A stretch of 49,001 bases of DNA from an uncultured Pseudomonadales bacterium (GTDB lineage: Bacteria; Patescibacteriota; Microgenomatia; UBA1400; PJMF01): NCBI GenBank assembly GCA_964611955.1, contig CAZTBN010000001.1, positions 24,858 to 73,858 of the forward strand. The letters are read 5' to 3'. The translations under genes and the position numbers were made by a program. Position 1 is the first letter of the stretch, and each line of letters starts with the position of its first letter. The notes beneath the pieces were generated by a model. The model had not been told where the DNA came from and ran no database searches. It saw only the letters and a program-made list of their open reading frames with translations. This document shows positions 9,257 through 18,684 of this stretch, in pieces.

Positions 9257-10090
9257 ATGGATCATAAAATTACAGCCATTATATTGGCTAAAAACTCAGC
9301 AGAGATTATTTCAAACTGTATTCAAACACTGACATGGGTTACTCAAATTTTAGTGATTGATACTGGTTCTGATGATAATACTACTGAAATTGCGGAAAGT
9401 CTGGGTGCTCAGGTGATTCATTTTGCCCATTCTTCATTTGCCAGACTTCGCAACGAAGCCTTAAGTCATGTTGACACTGATTGGTTATTTTATATCGATG
9501 CTGATGAGCGAGTCACTCCCACCTTAGCTAAAGAGATTTTAGTTCATATTGAAACTCAAGATGCAACTGTTCTTTCCATGATGAGACAAAATATCTGTTA
9601 CGGCCAAAAGTTTAACCATGGCGGTTGGAATGAGGATGAAGTGACTAGAGTTTTTAAAAAAGAAGCTTTAAAAAAGTGGGTAGGTAAAGTCCATGAAAGT
9701 CCAGAATATGAGGGTCAGGCTTTGCGTCTGCGCAGTCCACTGATTCATCTCACTCATCGCAACACTGTTGAGGGTTTGCAAAAAACTATTAATTGGACTC
9801 CTATTGAAGCAGAATTGCTTTTTAAGAGTAATTTACCCAGGGTGACCTTTGTCACCATTATTAGAAAAGGAGTCATGGAATTTTTACGCAGGGGCGTTTT
9901 TAAAAAAGGGTACCAGGATGGTATGCCTGGTGTCATCGAAGCTATTGTCCAAGGTATTAATAAAATGCTCATTTATATTCAAGTTTGGGAACTGCAACAA
10001 GCTCCACCCTTAGAGGAACAATATCACAAACAAGAAATAAAAATAGCTAAATTGTGGGAGGATGAGGATATCAAACACTTTAACTCTTAA
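9257..10090 (+). CDS. family 2 glycosyltransferase, LgtF/WaaE-like subclass
   Basis: ITAIILAKNSAE, LVIDTGSDDNTTEIAESLGA, YIDADE, KKGYQDGMPGV and QVWELQ. Paralog of 7378-8283 and 20242-21012. Confidence 0.8.
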   Translation: MDHKITAIILAKNSAEIISNCIQTLTWVTQILVIDTGSDDNTTEIAESLGAQVIHFAHSSFARLRNEALSHVDTDWLFYIDADERVTPTLAKEILVHIETQDATVLSMMRQNICYGQKFNHGGWNEDEVTRVFKKEALKKWVGKVHESPEYEGQALRLRSPLIHLTHRNTVEGLQKTINWTPIEAELLFKSNLPRVTFVTIIRKGVMEFLRRGVFKKGYQDGMPGVIEAIVQGINKMLIYIQVWELQQAPPLEEQYHKQEIKIAKLWEDEDIKHFNS

Positions 10091-10093
10091 GTT

Positions 10094-11203
10094 ATGAAAA
10101 TTTGTTTATTCAGTCCTTATTTTCCAAACAATTTTGGAGGTGGCGAAAAGTATTTATTAGATGTCGCTCTGGCTTTTGCCAATGACAGTCATAATCAAGT
10201 CTTTTTAGCTATTGGAGGCTGTCGTAATCTGAGTCAAACTCAACTCAATACCATTAAATACACCTATTCCCAATTTATTAATAAATCATTAGCTAAAATT
10301 CAGTTTATCAATACCCCTTTAGGAACCAGTAAATTTTCTGTTGCTAAATTATTTTGGACTAAACAATTTGATGTGTTGTTTTATTTAACTGATGGGAGCC
10401 TTTTTTTCTCACTGGCACGTAAAAATATTTTACATATTCAAGTACCACTCAAGCTTGATAAATCATCTTTTCTGGAGCGACAAAAATTAAAAAATTGGCA
10501 GACTAAAATTACTAATTCTTATTTTACCAAAACAGTGATCGAGCCAACTTGGGAAACTAAAATTAATTATGTTCATCAACCCATGGTAGAGGCTAGTGAT
10601 ATTATTCAAGCTACAGATTTTCAATCGAAACAACCTATTATTATTAATGTTGGTAGATTTTTTCCCCAACTCCATAGCAAACGTCAAGACATTTTAGTCA
10701 AAATTTTTGCTAAATTATTAAGAAAATATAAAAAGGAAATGGTTGGTTGGAAATTGGTATTAATCGGTAGTGTGGAACATGAAGGCTATGCTCAATATGT
10801 TCATCAGCTAGCCAAAGGTTTACCTATTGAAATCTTGCATCATGTTAATCGGGCAGAGTTGATTCAAAAATTAACTCACAGTAGCATCTATTGGCACGGG
10901 ACTGGCTATCGAGTTAACGAGTTTGATCATCCTGAAAAACTTGAGCATTTTGGCATTACTACAGTAGAAGCCATGGCTGCTGGCAATGTGCCAGTGGTTT
11001 TAGGCAAAGGTGGCCAAGTTGAGGTCATTGGTAGCGGGTTTGCAGACTGGAGCTGGTTAACACAAAAAGATTGTATTAAAAAAACAGTTCAATTAGTGCG
11101 AAATCCAAGCCTACGATTAAAACTGCAACAACAAGCTCAACTTCAATCAAAACAATTTTCTGCTGAGGTTTTTATTCATAAATTAAATCAAATGCTTGCC
11201 TAA
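10094..11203 (+). CDS. family 4 (GT-B) glycosyltransferase
   Basis: N-terminal FSPYFPNNFGGGEKYLLDVA and C-terminal E-x7-E region EHFGITTVEAMAAGNVPVV. Confidence 0.8.
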   Translation: MKICLFSPYFPNNFGGGEKYLLDVALAFANDSHNQVFLAIGGCRNLSQTQLNTIKYTYSQFINKSLAKIQFINTPLGTSKFSVAKLFWTKQFDVLFYLTDGSLFFSLARKNILHIQVPLKLDKSSFLERQKLKNWQTKITNSYFTKTVIEPTWETKINYVHQPMVEASDIIQATDFQSKQPIIINVGRFFPQLHSKRQDILVKIFAKLLRKYKKEMVGWKLVLIGSVEHEGYAQYVHQLAKGLPIEILHHVNRAELIQKLTHSSIYWHGTGYRVNEFDHPEKLEHFGITTVEAMAAGNVPVVLGKGGQVEVIGSGFADWSWLTQKDCIKKTVQLVRNPSLRLKLQQQAQLQSKQFSAEVFIHKLNQMLA

Positions 11204-11205
11204 TT

Positions 11206-13695
11206 ATGACTCGTACTCTTCCTATCAGCATTGTTATTCCTACCTATAATGGTAAAAGACAGTTACAAAAAAATTTGTCTAGTGTAACTGCACAACTTAA
11301 GAAAAACGATGAACTATGTTTGGTTGACGATGCCAGTTCAGATAATACTCTGCAATATTTAAGTAAAAAATTTCATCTAAAATATGAGGCTTTAGGCGGA
11401 GATAAATTTGGTTCATTTGAGCTATATACCGGCAGTTTGCCCAATCAGGCACAAATCAAGGTCATTGTTAATTTAAACAATTTAAGATTTGCAGCGAGCG
11501 TTAATCGTGCTGTCGAGCAAATCAAACATGATTATTTTTTGTTAATCAATAATGATGTGGAGTTACTGACAGGAGCAGTAACTCAACTTCTGCAAAATTT
11601 TACTAAAAATGAATCATTATTTGCAGTCGGCTGTTTAGAAATCGAACCCAACCAAGACAATATTTTCGGAGGTAAGAACAGATTATTCTTTGAAAAAGGT
11701 TTATTCAGACATAACCGTGCTGAGGACTTTACTACTGGGGAAACCGCTTGGGCAAGTGGTGGTAGCGCCATGTTTGATCGAGCTAAATGGATTAAGCTTA
11801 ATGGCTTTGATCCAGATTTTTATCCAGCTTACTGGGAAGATGTTGATTTATCTTATAGAGCTAAACAACAAGGATGGCATGTTTTATTTGATCAGGATGC
11901 TAAAGTAATTCATAACCACGAATCAACCAATCTTGATGTCTTTGGTCAAAAAGAATTAGAAAAAATAAGTTGGCGCAATGGCCGTCGTTTTACTAAAAAA
12001 CATGCTACTTTTAAACAAAAGTTACAATATTACTGGTATAAACCTTACTGGAACTTAAAATTACTAAAACAGGGTTTACATTCTCAAGAAATTTTAGCAT
12101 TAATTGCAATTTTATTTTTAGCTACGGTGCTCAGACTGTATCAGTTGGGAATTGTACCCGCTGGTATGACTTGGGATGAAGCTGCTATTGGCTACAATGG
12201 CTACGGAGTCATTCAAACCAGAAGAGATGAATGGTTGCAAAAATTACCTGTTTCGTTTAAATCATTTGGCGATTACAAAGCACCAGCTGCTATTTATATC
12301 AATGGACTGTTTACCTCTATTTTTGGATTAAATTTAACTATTGTCAGGTTGCCCTTTGCTTTATGCGGAGTTTTAGCTGTTTGGGGCCTAATTAAATTCA
12401 CTTATGAGTTAGCCTTAATTCATTTTCCTCGTAATGTTAAAGGGAAAGGTTTGACTGCACGAGATCTATCTTTATTAGCTGGATTCATGCTGGCAGTCTC
12501 TCCCTGGCATTTACATTTAAGTCGCACCGGTTTTGAATCAAGCATGGCCTTAACTTTTATAATTTGGGGTTTTTATTTCTTGCTCTTATTTATCAAAAAT
12601 TTGTCAAGATTAACATTAACTCAACTACTTCAATATTTAATTCCAGCTGTTGTTTTGTTGGTATTGCCTTTATATACCTATCATAGTCCCAAAATTTTTA
12701 TTCCAGTTTTTATTATTATTTTTGCCCTGATTCATTTAAATTTGATTAAACGAAAATTAATTAATATCGCTGTTGGCATCTTTATGGGCATAATGCTACT
12801 GCTGCCTTTAATTAAAGATGCTGTGTTTAGTGAGGGGCTAACCAGATCTGGCAGCTTAATTTTATTTCAAAATAACTCATTGACTGGAATAATTGCTTTA
12901 TTAGGTAAAAATTTATTAGCTCATCTTTCACCAGCTTTTTTAGTGGGTGGCTGGACTGACAGCTTGCGTCATGGTGCTGGAACCTATGGAGTGCTTTATT
13001 TGCTTACCTTTCTTTTTTGTTTGATTAGCATTCTTGTATCACTTAATAAGAAAATTTTTAGAAATTACTGGTTGAAACTATCTCTAGTCTGGATTTTTTT
13101 AGGTTTACTCCCAGCGGTTTTAGGTGATACTTATCCTCAAGCTAATCGAGCTTTATTAGCTTTACCTGGTTTTATCTGGCTTTCCTTTATTGGCTTAAAC
13201 TGGTTAATTCTAAAACTTGCTCACAAAACTTCACCTTTCCAACTTTCTAAAACAACTATTTTTATCATTTTAGGCTTGATTTATTTAGCTAATATTGGTG
13301 CTTATCTAACTCATTATTATCATACCTTTGCTTTTCAAAGCGCTAGTGATTATCAAGAGGGATATATTGATGCGATGCAATTAGCATATGAATATGAAAA
13401 AGGTACCAATGGCAAACCCGAAGTTAATCAAATTATTGTTTCTACTCATTATGGTCAACCCTATATTTATGCTTTGTTTGTGCGCAAAACTAATCCTATT
13501 TGGTATCAAGGGGGTTCGCTGAATAAATATTTTTTTGTTGACCAAGTTAAGGAGTCAGACCTATTGAAAGATAATATTTTAGTCATTAGCACTGTAGAAC
13601 AATTAGTAAGCAGACAGCCAGATCATATTATTCATAGCACTGGAGGCTTAACCAGATTTAAAGTCTATTATACTGGCTATCATCATGACAATTAA
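11206..13695 (+). CDS. bifunctional fusion: N-terminal GT2 (GT-A) domain plus C-terminal ArnT/PMT-like GT-C membrane glycosyltransferase
   Basis: aa 1-~290: ISIVIPTYNGKRQL, LVDDASSDN, LLINNDVE, WEDVDLSYRA. From I296 (nt ~12091) there are many TM helices, with W-D-E at 12172-12180 and SFGDYK, HLSRTGFE and TYHSPKIF blocks shared with the next three GT-C genes. One uninterrupted 829-aa ORF. Confidence 0.8.
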   Translation: MTRTLPISIVIPTYNGKRQLQKNLSSVTAQLKKNDELCLVDDASSDNTLQYLSKKFHLKYEALGGDKFGSFELYTGSLPNQAQIKVIVNLNNLRFAASVNRAVEQIKHDYFLLINNDVELLTGAVTQLLQNFTKNESLFAVGCLEIEPNQDNIFGGKNRLFFEKGLFRHNRAEDFTTGETAWASGGSAMFDRAKWIKLNGFDPDFYPAYWEDVDLSYRAKQQGWHVLFDQDAKVIHNHESTNLDVFGQKELEKISWRNGRRFTKKHATFKQKLQYYWYKPYWNLKLLKQGLHSQEILALIAILFLATVLRLYQLGIVPAGMTWDEAAIGYNGYGVIQTRRDEWLQKLPVSFKSFGDYKAPAAIYINGLFTSIFGLNLTIVRLPFALCGVLAVWGLIKFTYELALIHFPRNVKGKGLTARDLSLLAGFMLAVSPWHLHLSRTGFESSMALTFIIWGFYFLLLFIKNLSRLTLTQLLQYLIPAVVLLVLPLYTYHSPKIFIPVFIIIFALIHLNLIKRKLINIAVGIFMGIMLLLPLIKDAVFSEGLTRSGSLILFQNNSLTGIIALLGKNLLAHLSPAFLVGGWTDSLRHGAGTYGVLYLLTFLFCLISILVSLNKKIFRNYWLKLSLVWIFLGLLPAVLGDTYPQANRALLALPGFIWLSFIGLNWLILKLAHKTSPFQLSKTTIFIILGLIYLANIGAYLTHYYHTFAFQSASDYQEGYIDAMQLAYEYEKGTNGKPEVNQIIVSTHYGQPYIYALFVRKTNPIWYQGGSLNKYFFVDQVKESDLLKDNILVISTVEQLVSRQPDHIIHSTGGLTRFKVYYTGYHHDN

Positions 13696-15307
13696 AAAAG
13701 AGGTTTTATTAACCTTTGTAATTCTGCTGCTGGCTTTGTTGATAAGAGGATTTAAACTCGGTAGTAATCCGCCAGGATTGTATTGGGAAGAAGTAGCTCT
13801 AGGATATGATGCCTATTCTATCTGGAAAACTGGAGCTGATCATCATGGCAATCCTTGGCCAATTGTGGCCTTTGAATCATTTGGAGATTGGAAGCCAAGT
13901 CTTTATTTTTATGTCACAGCCCCTTTTGTTGGTTTACTAGGATTAAACTCAGTAACTGTGAGATTGCCTTCATTAATTGCAGGCATGGCCATTGTTTACG
14001 GCGCAGGAGTGTTAGCTAATTTAGTTTTTAAATCATTAACTCAACAAAACAACCAAAAGATCAAACTACTTGGCATGTTGGTCACTGCCTTAAATCCTTG
14101 GGCTATACATTTTTCCAGAGCTGCCTGGGAAGTAAATCTGGCAACTGCCTTGATTCTCTGGGGAGTAATTAGCGGTTTATTATTTTTAAATTCTAACAAA
14201 ATAAAACATCTGATTTATTGTTCGTTCTTGTTAATTCTCTCTATGTATACTTATCATTCGGCCAGAATTTTAGCTCCAGTTTTAGGATTATCAATTTTAG
14301 TCTCCTTGGTAAGGAGTTTTAACAACTGGCCTCAACTTAAAAAGTATGTCATCACCAATCAATTATCGCTACTTGCTTTGCTGTTAATTAGCCTTATGGT
14401 CCTAGCCCCTTTAATAACAAATTTAACTAATAAATCCATAACTCAACGATTTGCTGAAACAAGTATTTTTTCTAACCTAGAGATCATTCAGCTGAGTAAT
14501 GATCAAAAAGAGTTTTTCAATAATTCATTGATCTCAAAGCTTATTTTTCATCGTTATTTATTGTTTGGCCGCGAAGTTGTTCATAATTTTTTGAGTCATT
14601 TTGATTTTAAATTTTTATTTGTGAGCGGAGATATAAATCCCAGACATTCAATCCAATCTTTTGCTCATTTTTACTATCTCGATCTTATATTTCTTTTAGC
14701 TGGAGCAATAGTTTTTTTAAAAAATAAAAAAAATCCAGTCATTTTGATTTTACTTACCTGGTTAATTATAGGTATTTTGCCAGCCTCAATTACAACCGGC
14801 TCTCCTCATGCTTTAAGAATCTTGCCCACCCTGCCGGTCTTTATTGTTTTAATCGTGCTAGGCATTACTTTGCTTTATAACGAGTTGAAAAAAATTATTG
14901 CTAAAAAATTTTTCAAAACATACCAATTAGGTTTTACTGTCGGTTTAGTTTTGGTCTATTTATTTTTCTTTAGTTGGTATTATCATGCTTTTATGCTAAT
15001 CTACCCAACTCAATATGCTTCAGAATGGCAGGCTCAATATCCGGCCTTAATTGCTCAAGTACAACAGCTACAAGCTCAGCAGCCTAATTCAGATATAATC
15101 ATCAGTAGAGAGTGGGGTAGACCAGCCATGTATTATTGGTTCTATACTCAAACTGATCCCAGAGAGGTTCAGGCAGTAGCCAAATCTGTTAAAAAAGATC
15201 AAGGAGAGTTCCTTGAGTTTAAACAGTTACAATTTACATCTCAGGGATTTTCTCAACCTAATATAATGGTACAACTTAAAGATGAAAATATTAACACAAC
15301 TAACTAA
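13685..15307 (+). CDS. ArnT/PMT-like GT-C membrane glycosyltransferase (paralog 2)
   Basis: GLYWEEVALGYDAY, ESFGDWKPSLYFY, HFSRAAWEVN, TYHSARIL, SPHALRILP; many TM helices. The ATG overlaps the upstream gene by 11 nt. Confidence 0.8.
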   Translation: MTIKKEVLLTFVILLLALLIRGFKLGSNPPGLYWEEVALGYDAYSIWKTGADHHGNPWPIVAFESFGDWKPSLYFYVTAPFVGLLGLNSVTVRLPSLIAGMAIVYGAGVLANLVFKSLTQQNNQKIKLLGMLVTALNPWAIHFSRAAWEVNLATALILWGVISGLLFLNSNKIKHLIYCSFLLILSMYTYHSARILAPVLGLSILVSLVRSFNNWPQLKKYVITNQLSLLALLLISLMVLAPLITNLTNKSITQRFAETSIFSNLEIIQLSNDQKEFFNNSLISKLIFHRYLLFGREVVHNFLSHFDFKFLFVSGDINPRHSIQSFAHFYYLDLIFLLAGAIVFLKNKKNPVILILLTWLIIGILPASITTGSPHALRILPTLPVFIVLIVLGITLLYNELKKIIAKKFFKTYQLGFTVGLVLVYLFFFSWYYHAFMLIYPTQYASEWQAQYPALIAQVQQLQAQQPNSDIIISREWGRPAMYYWFYTQTDPREVQAVAKSVKKDQGEFLEFKQLQFTSQGFSQPNIMVQLKDENINTTN

Positions 15308-17114
15308 CCTAATTAGTGATATTTCACAGTTTGATCAGTCTTTGATTAAGCTAGAACATCCTGCTAATCCAGAATTTGGAGATTATTCTACCAATATTGC
15401 TTTAACAACTTTTTCTAAATTAGATCAAGAGTTCATGAGTAGTCATAAACTCACCTCTGTCTTAGATTATGCTAACTTTTTACTGGAACAGCTAAAACAA
15501 GCTTTAGCTAAGCATGAAACTATAGCCCAACAGATAGAATCGGTGTCAATGATAAAACCTGGATTTATCAACTTCAAATTATCAACTCAATTTTTTAGTC
15601 AAGCTTTAGCTGAAGTTTTATCTAATTCTGATTATGGAAAAAGTAAGATCGGTCAGGGCATAACTTGGGAAATAGAACATACTTCTCCTAATCCCAATAA
15701 AGCTATGCACTTGGGTCATCTGCGTAATAACGTTACCGGCATGGCAATTGCTAGACTTTGGGAAGCGGTGGGTATTAAAGTAATTTGTGATGCGATTAAC
15801 AATGATCGGGGTATAGCTATTGCTAAATTAATGTGGGGTTATTTAAAATTTGCTAAAAAAAATGATCAGACTATCACTGATCTTCAGTATTGGTTTGATC
15901 ATCAACAAGAATGGCTTTCTCCTGAAGATCTAAACTTAAGTTCTGATAAATTTGTTGATCAACTTTATACTAAAGCAGCCCAGGATGTTGAGTCTGATAA
16001 AAGCGCAGAAACACAAGTAAGACAGATGGTCATTGATTGGGAAAATAAAGACAAACTAACTTGGGAGCTATGGAGAAAGGTTTTAGACTATTCTCTTAGC
16101 GGACAACAACAAACTCTTACCAGATTGGGCAACCGTTGGGATAAGATATGGCACGAGCACGAACACTACCAGCAAGGAAAAGATTTAGTGGCACAAGGAT
16201 TAAAGTTGGGGATTTTTAAGAAACTGCCTGATGGGGCAATTCTCACTGATCTGACCAAGTTTAATCTTCCTGACACAATTTTACAAAAAAGCGATGGCAC
16301 TTCCTTATACATCACTCAAGATCTTGCTTTGACTAAACTTAAAATTGCTGAGTTTAAGGCCAGTAAATTACACTGGGTGGTAGGGCCTGAACAAAGTTTA
16401 GCTCTTAAACAACTGTTTGCTGTTTGCGATCAGCTCAAAATTGCGAAATTTAAAACTCTGACGCACATAGATTTTGGTTACATGAGTATTAAAGGTGAGG
16501 GCAAGATGAGTTCCCGCTCTGGAAATGTAGTTTATGTTGATGATTTTATTGATGAAGTCAAGGCTAAAGTTAAACAGATACTCAATAATCAAGAGAATCA
16601 AACCTTTGATCCAATTGAGTTAGAAACTATTGCAGAAAAAATTGCTGTGGGGGCGGTTAAATACTCGATCTTAAAAATTGGTCGTAATACAGATACGCAG
16701 TTTGATTTTAAGACGGCGTTAAAAATAGATGGTAACTCCGGTCCTTATTTACAATACACTGTAGCAAGAGCTAAAGCTGTACTCAGAAAAGCAGCTATAA
16801 ATCATCAGGACTTGGTCGCTCAATTTTCTGCTTTAAAGCAAATGCAACTCAGTTCAGTTGAACTTAAAGTTTTAAAGCTTATTTATCAATTTCCAGAAAT
16901 TATTTTGTTTGCTGCTGATACCAATGAGCCTAGTGCTTTGGCTACTTATATCTATGAACTCGCGCAAAGTTTTAATAGTTTTTATAATCAAGAGCATATT
17001 CTTCAAGCTGCATCAGATCATAAAATTTTTAGGTTGGCTCTGGTTAAAGCTGTTGCTAGAATTTTAGAAACTGGATTAGCCATTCTTGGCATAGACACAC
17101 TAGCACAAATGTAA
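15282..17114 (+). CDS. argS: arginine--tRNA ligase
   Basis: Class I HIGH region HTSPNPNKAMHLGHLRNN, KMSKS-equivalent GKMSSRSG, and a DALR anticodon-binding-type C-terminus ending ...LGIDTLAQM. The N-terminal FGDYSTNIAL is typical of ArgS. Confidence 0.93.
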   Translation: MKILTQLTNLISDISQFDQSLIKLEHPANPEFGDYSTNIALTTFSKLDQEFMSSHKLTSVLDYANFLLEQLKQALAKHETIAQQIESVSMIKPGFINFKLSTQFFSQALAEVLSNSDYGKSKIGQGITWEIEHTSPNPNKAMHLGHLRNNVTGMAIARLWEAVGIKVICDAINNDRGIAIAKLMWGYLKFAKKNDQTITDLQYWFDHQQEWLSPEDLNLSSDKFVDQLYTKAAQDVESDKSAETQVRQMVIDWENKDKLTWELWRKVLDYSLSGQQQTLTRLGNRWDKIWHEHEHYQQGKDLVAQGLKLGIFKKLPDGAILTDLTKFNLPDTILQKSDGTSLYITQDLALTKLKIAEFKASKLHWVVGPEQSLALKQLFAVCDQLKIAKFKTLTHIDFGYMSIKGEGKMSSRSGNVVYVDDFIDEVKAKVKQILNNQENQTFDPIELETIAEKIAVGAVKYSILKIGRNTDTQFDFKTALKIDGNSGPYLQYTVARAKAVLRKAAINHQDLVAQFSALKQMQLSSVELKVLKLIYQFPEIILFAADTNEPSALATYIYELAQSFNSFYNQEHILQAASDHKIFRLALVKAVARILETGLAILGIDTLAQM

Positions 17115-17124
17115 TTTTTCAATT

Positions 17125-18684
17125 ATGTTTAAAAAAATTTGCCCATTTTTTGTGTTAAATCTCTCAAGAAAAAATGTTGTGTGGATTATGCTAGCTTTTA
17201 TTTTGGTTGGCATAGCCTTTCGTATTTATAGATTTTCCCAGCAACCAACGGGTTTATATTGGGATGAAATCGCTATGGCAGTTGATGCCAGTGCTGTGAG
17301 TAAAACCGGCAATGATATGCACGGCCATCACTGGCTACAACCGATCTTTGTTTCTTATGGGGATTATAAACTACCAATTTATATTTGGTTATCATCTATT
17401 GTGGCCATGGTTAGTGCTAGCCCTGAAATAATTGCTAGACTACCTAGTTTAATTGCTGGGTTAGGCACGATTGCCATGACTGGCCTGATTGGCATTAAAT
17501 TATTTTCTCACTCTTCTCAAAGCAAAAATTATAAACTGTTAACTTTTATTAGCAGTGTTTTTATCATTGCTATTTCTCCAACTGCAATGCACTTTTCTAG
17601 AGTGGGATTTGAAGCTCATTTGGGACAGTTCATCCTTGCCATGGCTGTATATCTAGCATTATTTGCTAAACTCAGATGGCACATTTTGGCCCAAGTAATG
17701 GCTGTAATTGCCACTAATACTTATTATTCAATTAGATTTGTTTGGCCAATTATTTATTTACTGATTATTGTGCTTGATATACCTCAGTCATTACGTGACA
17801 CAGCGCTGACGCTAAAAAAAAGATGGTCATTTTTTGCTCAGGGTGCCATATTATTTTCTTTATATTGGCTGATGTTAATCCCAATGCAAAACTCTGTTTT
17901 TTATAATTCTATGCAGCAATTTCGCTTAGGAGCTGATTCAATTTTAACTGTTCAAGATTGGGCTGTGGAATCTAATCAATTGCGTGAAGAGGTAGGAAAC
18001 TCTTTTGTTTCCAGAATTTTTTATCATCGTGATTGGCTGATGTTGCGTCAATTTTTGAGCAACCTAAGTAATAATATGTCCTTAAATACTATTTTTATCA
18101 AAGCAGATAATAACTTAAGACATAGCAGCGGTAATCATGGTTTATTTTTTCTACCTTTTTTACCTATTTTAATTTGGGGATTATTCAAACTATTTGAGAA
18201 AAATAAACTAATTTTACTACTCTTAGTCTGTTGGTGGTTAGTTGGACTAGTACCAGCCTCAGTCCCGATGGAAACTCCCCATAGCTTGCGCTCTCTTAAT
18301 AGTTTAATTCCTTTATCATTAATGATTGCTTTTGGTTGGTTACAGCTTGTGGCACAGTTTTCAGTTAAACAGCTTGAGCAAAAAACTCTTTATTTTTTCT
18401 GGGGATTAGTTATTGCCTTACTGTTTAGCTTAATCTCTTTTTATCACTATTATTTTTATCTTTATCCCCTAAAATCAGCTGACTATTGGCAAACTGGATA
18501 CAAGCAAACAGCTCTTGAAACTTGTCAACAAGCTCAACAACAGCCTACTGTGTTAGTTAACCATCATGATCAAAGATTTTTTCTTTGGATATTGGGTTAC
18601 TGTTCTTTTTCTCAGAACTCGTTAGATGAAGCAATCTTTAAGGATTACCAGTTGCAACAACTAGAAAATATTAAGTTTCTATGA
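17125..18684 (+). CDS. ArnT/PMT-like GT-C membrane glycosyltransferase (paralog 3)
   Basis: GLYWDEIAMAVDAS, VSYGDYKLPIYIW, HFSRVGFEAH, TYYSIRFV, TPHSLRSLN; many TM helices. Confidence 0.8.
   Translation: MFKKICPFFVLNLSRKNVVWIMLAFILVGIAFRIYRFSQQPTGLYWDEIAMAVDASAVSKTGNDMHGHHWLQPIFVSYGDYKLPIYIWLSSIVAMVSASPEIIARLPSLIAGLGTIAMTGLIGIKLFSHSSQSKNYKLLTFISSVFIIAISPTAMHFSRVGFEAHLGQFILAMAVYLALFAKLRWHILAQVMAVIATNTYYSIRFVWPIIYLLIIVLDIPQSLRDTALTLKKRWSFFAQGAILFSLYWLMLIPMQNSVFYNSMQQFRLGADSILTVQDWAVESNQLREEVGNSFVSRIFYHRDWLMLRQFLSNLSNNMSLNTIFIKADNNLRHSSGNHGLFFLPFLPILIWGLFKLFEKNKLILLLLVCWWLVGLVPASVPMETPHSLRSLNSLIPLSLMIAFGWLQLVAQFSVKQLEQKTLYFFWGLVIALLFSLISFYHYYFYLYPLKSADYWQTGYKQTALETCQQAQQQPTVLVNHHDQRFFLWILGYCSFSQNSLDEAIFKDYQLQQLENIKFL

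Noticed and set aside
9754-9972. 72-aa minus-strand ORF inside the GT2 gene 9257-10090 (similarly 10487-10687 inside the GT4 gene)
   Set aside because: These are antisense shadow ORFs within conserved glycosyltransferase genes, with no independent signals.
11583-11908. Two short ORFs (11583-11771 minus strand; 11690-11908 plus strand, alternate frame) inside the GT2 domain of the fusion gene
   Set aside because: They overlap the clearly conserved GT2 reading frame (the WEDVDLSYRA block lies there). They are shadow or alternate-frame ORFs.
16398-16601. 67-aa minus-strand ORF inside argS
   Set aside because: It is antisense to an essential, highly conserved CDS and has low-complexity Ile/Asn/Phe-rich content typical of AT-rich shadow frames.
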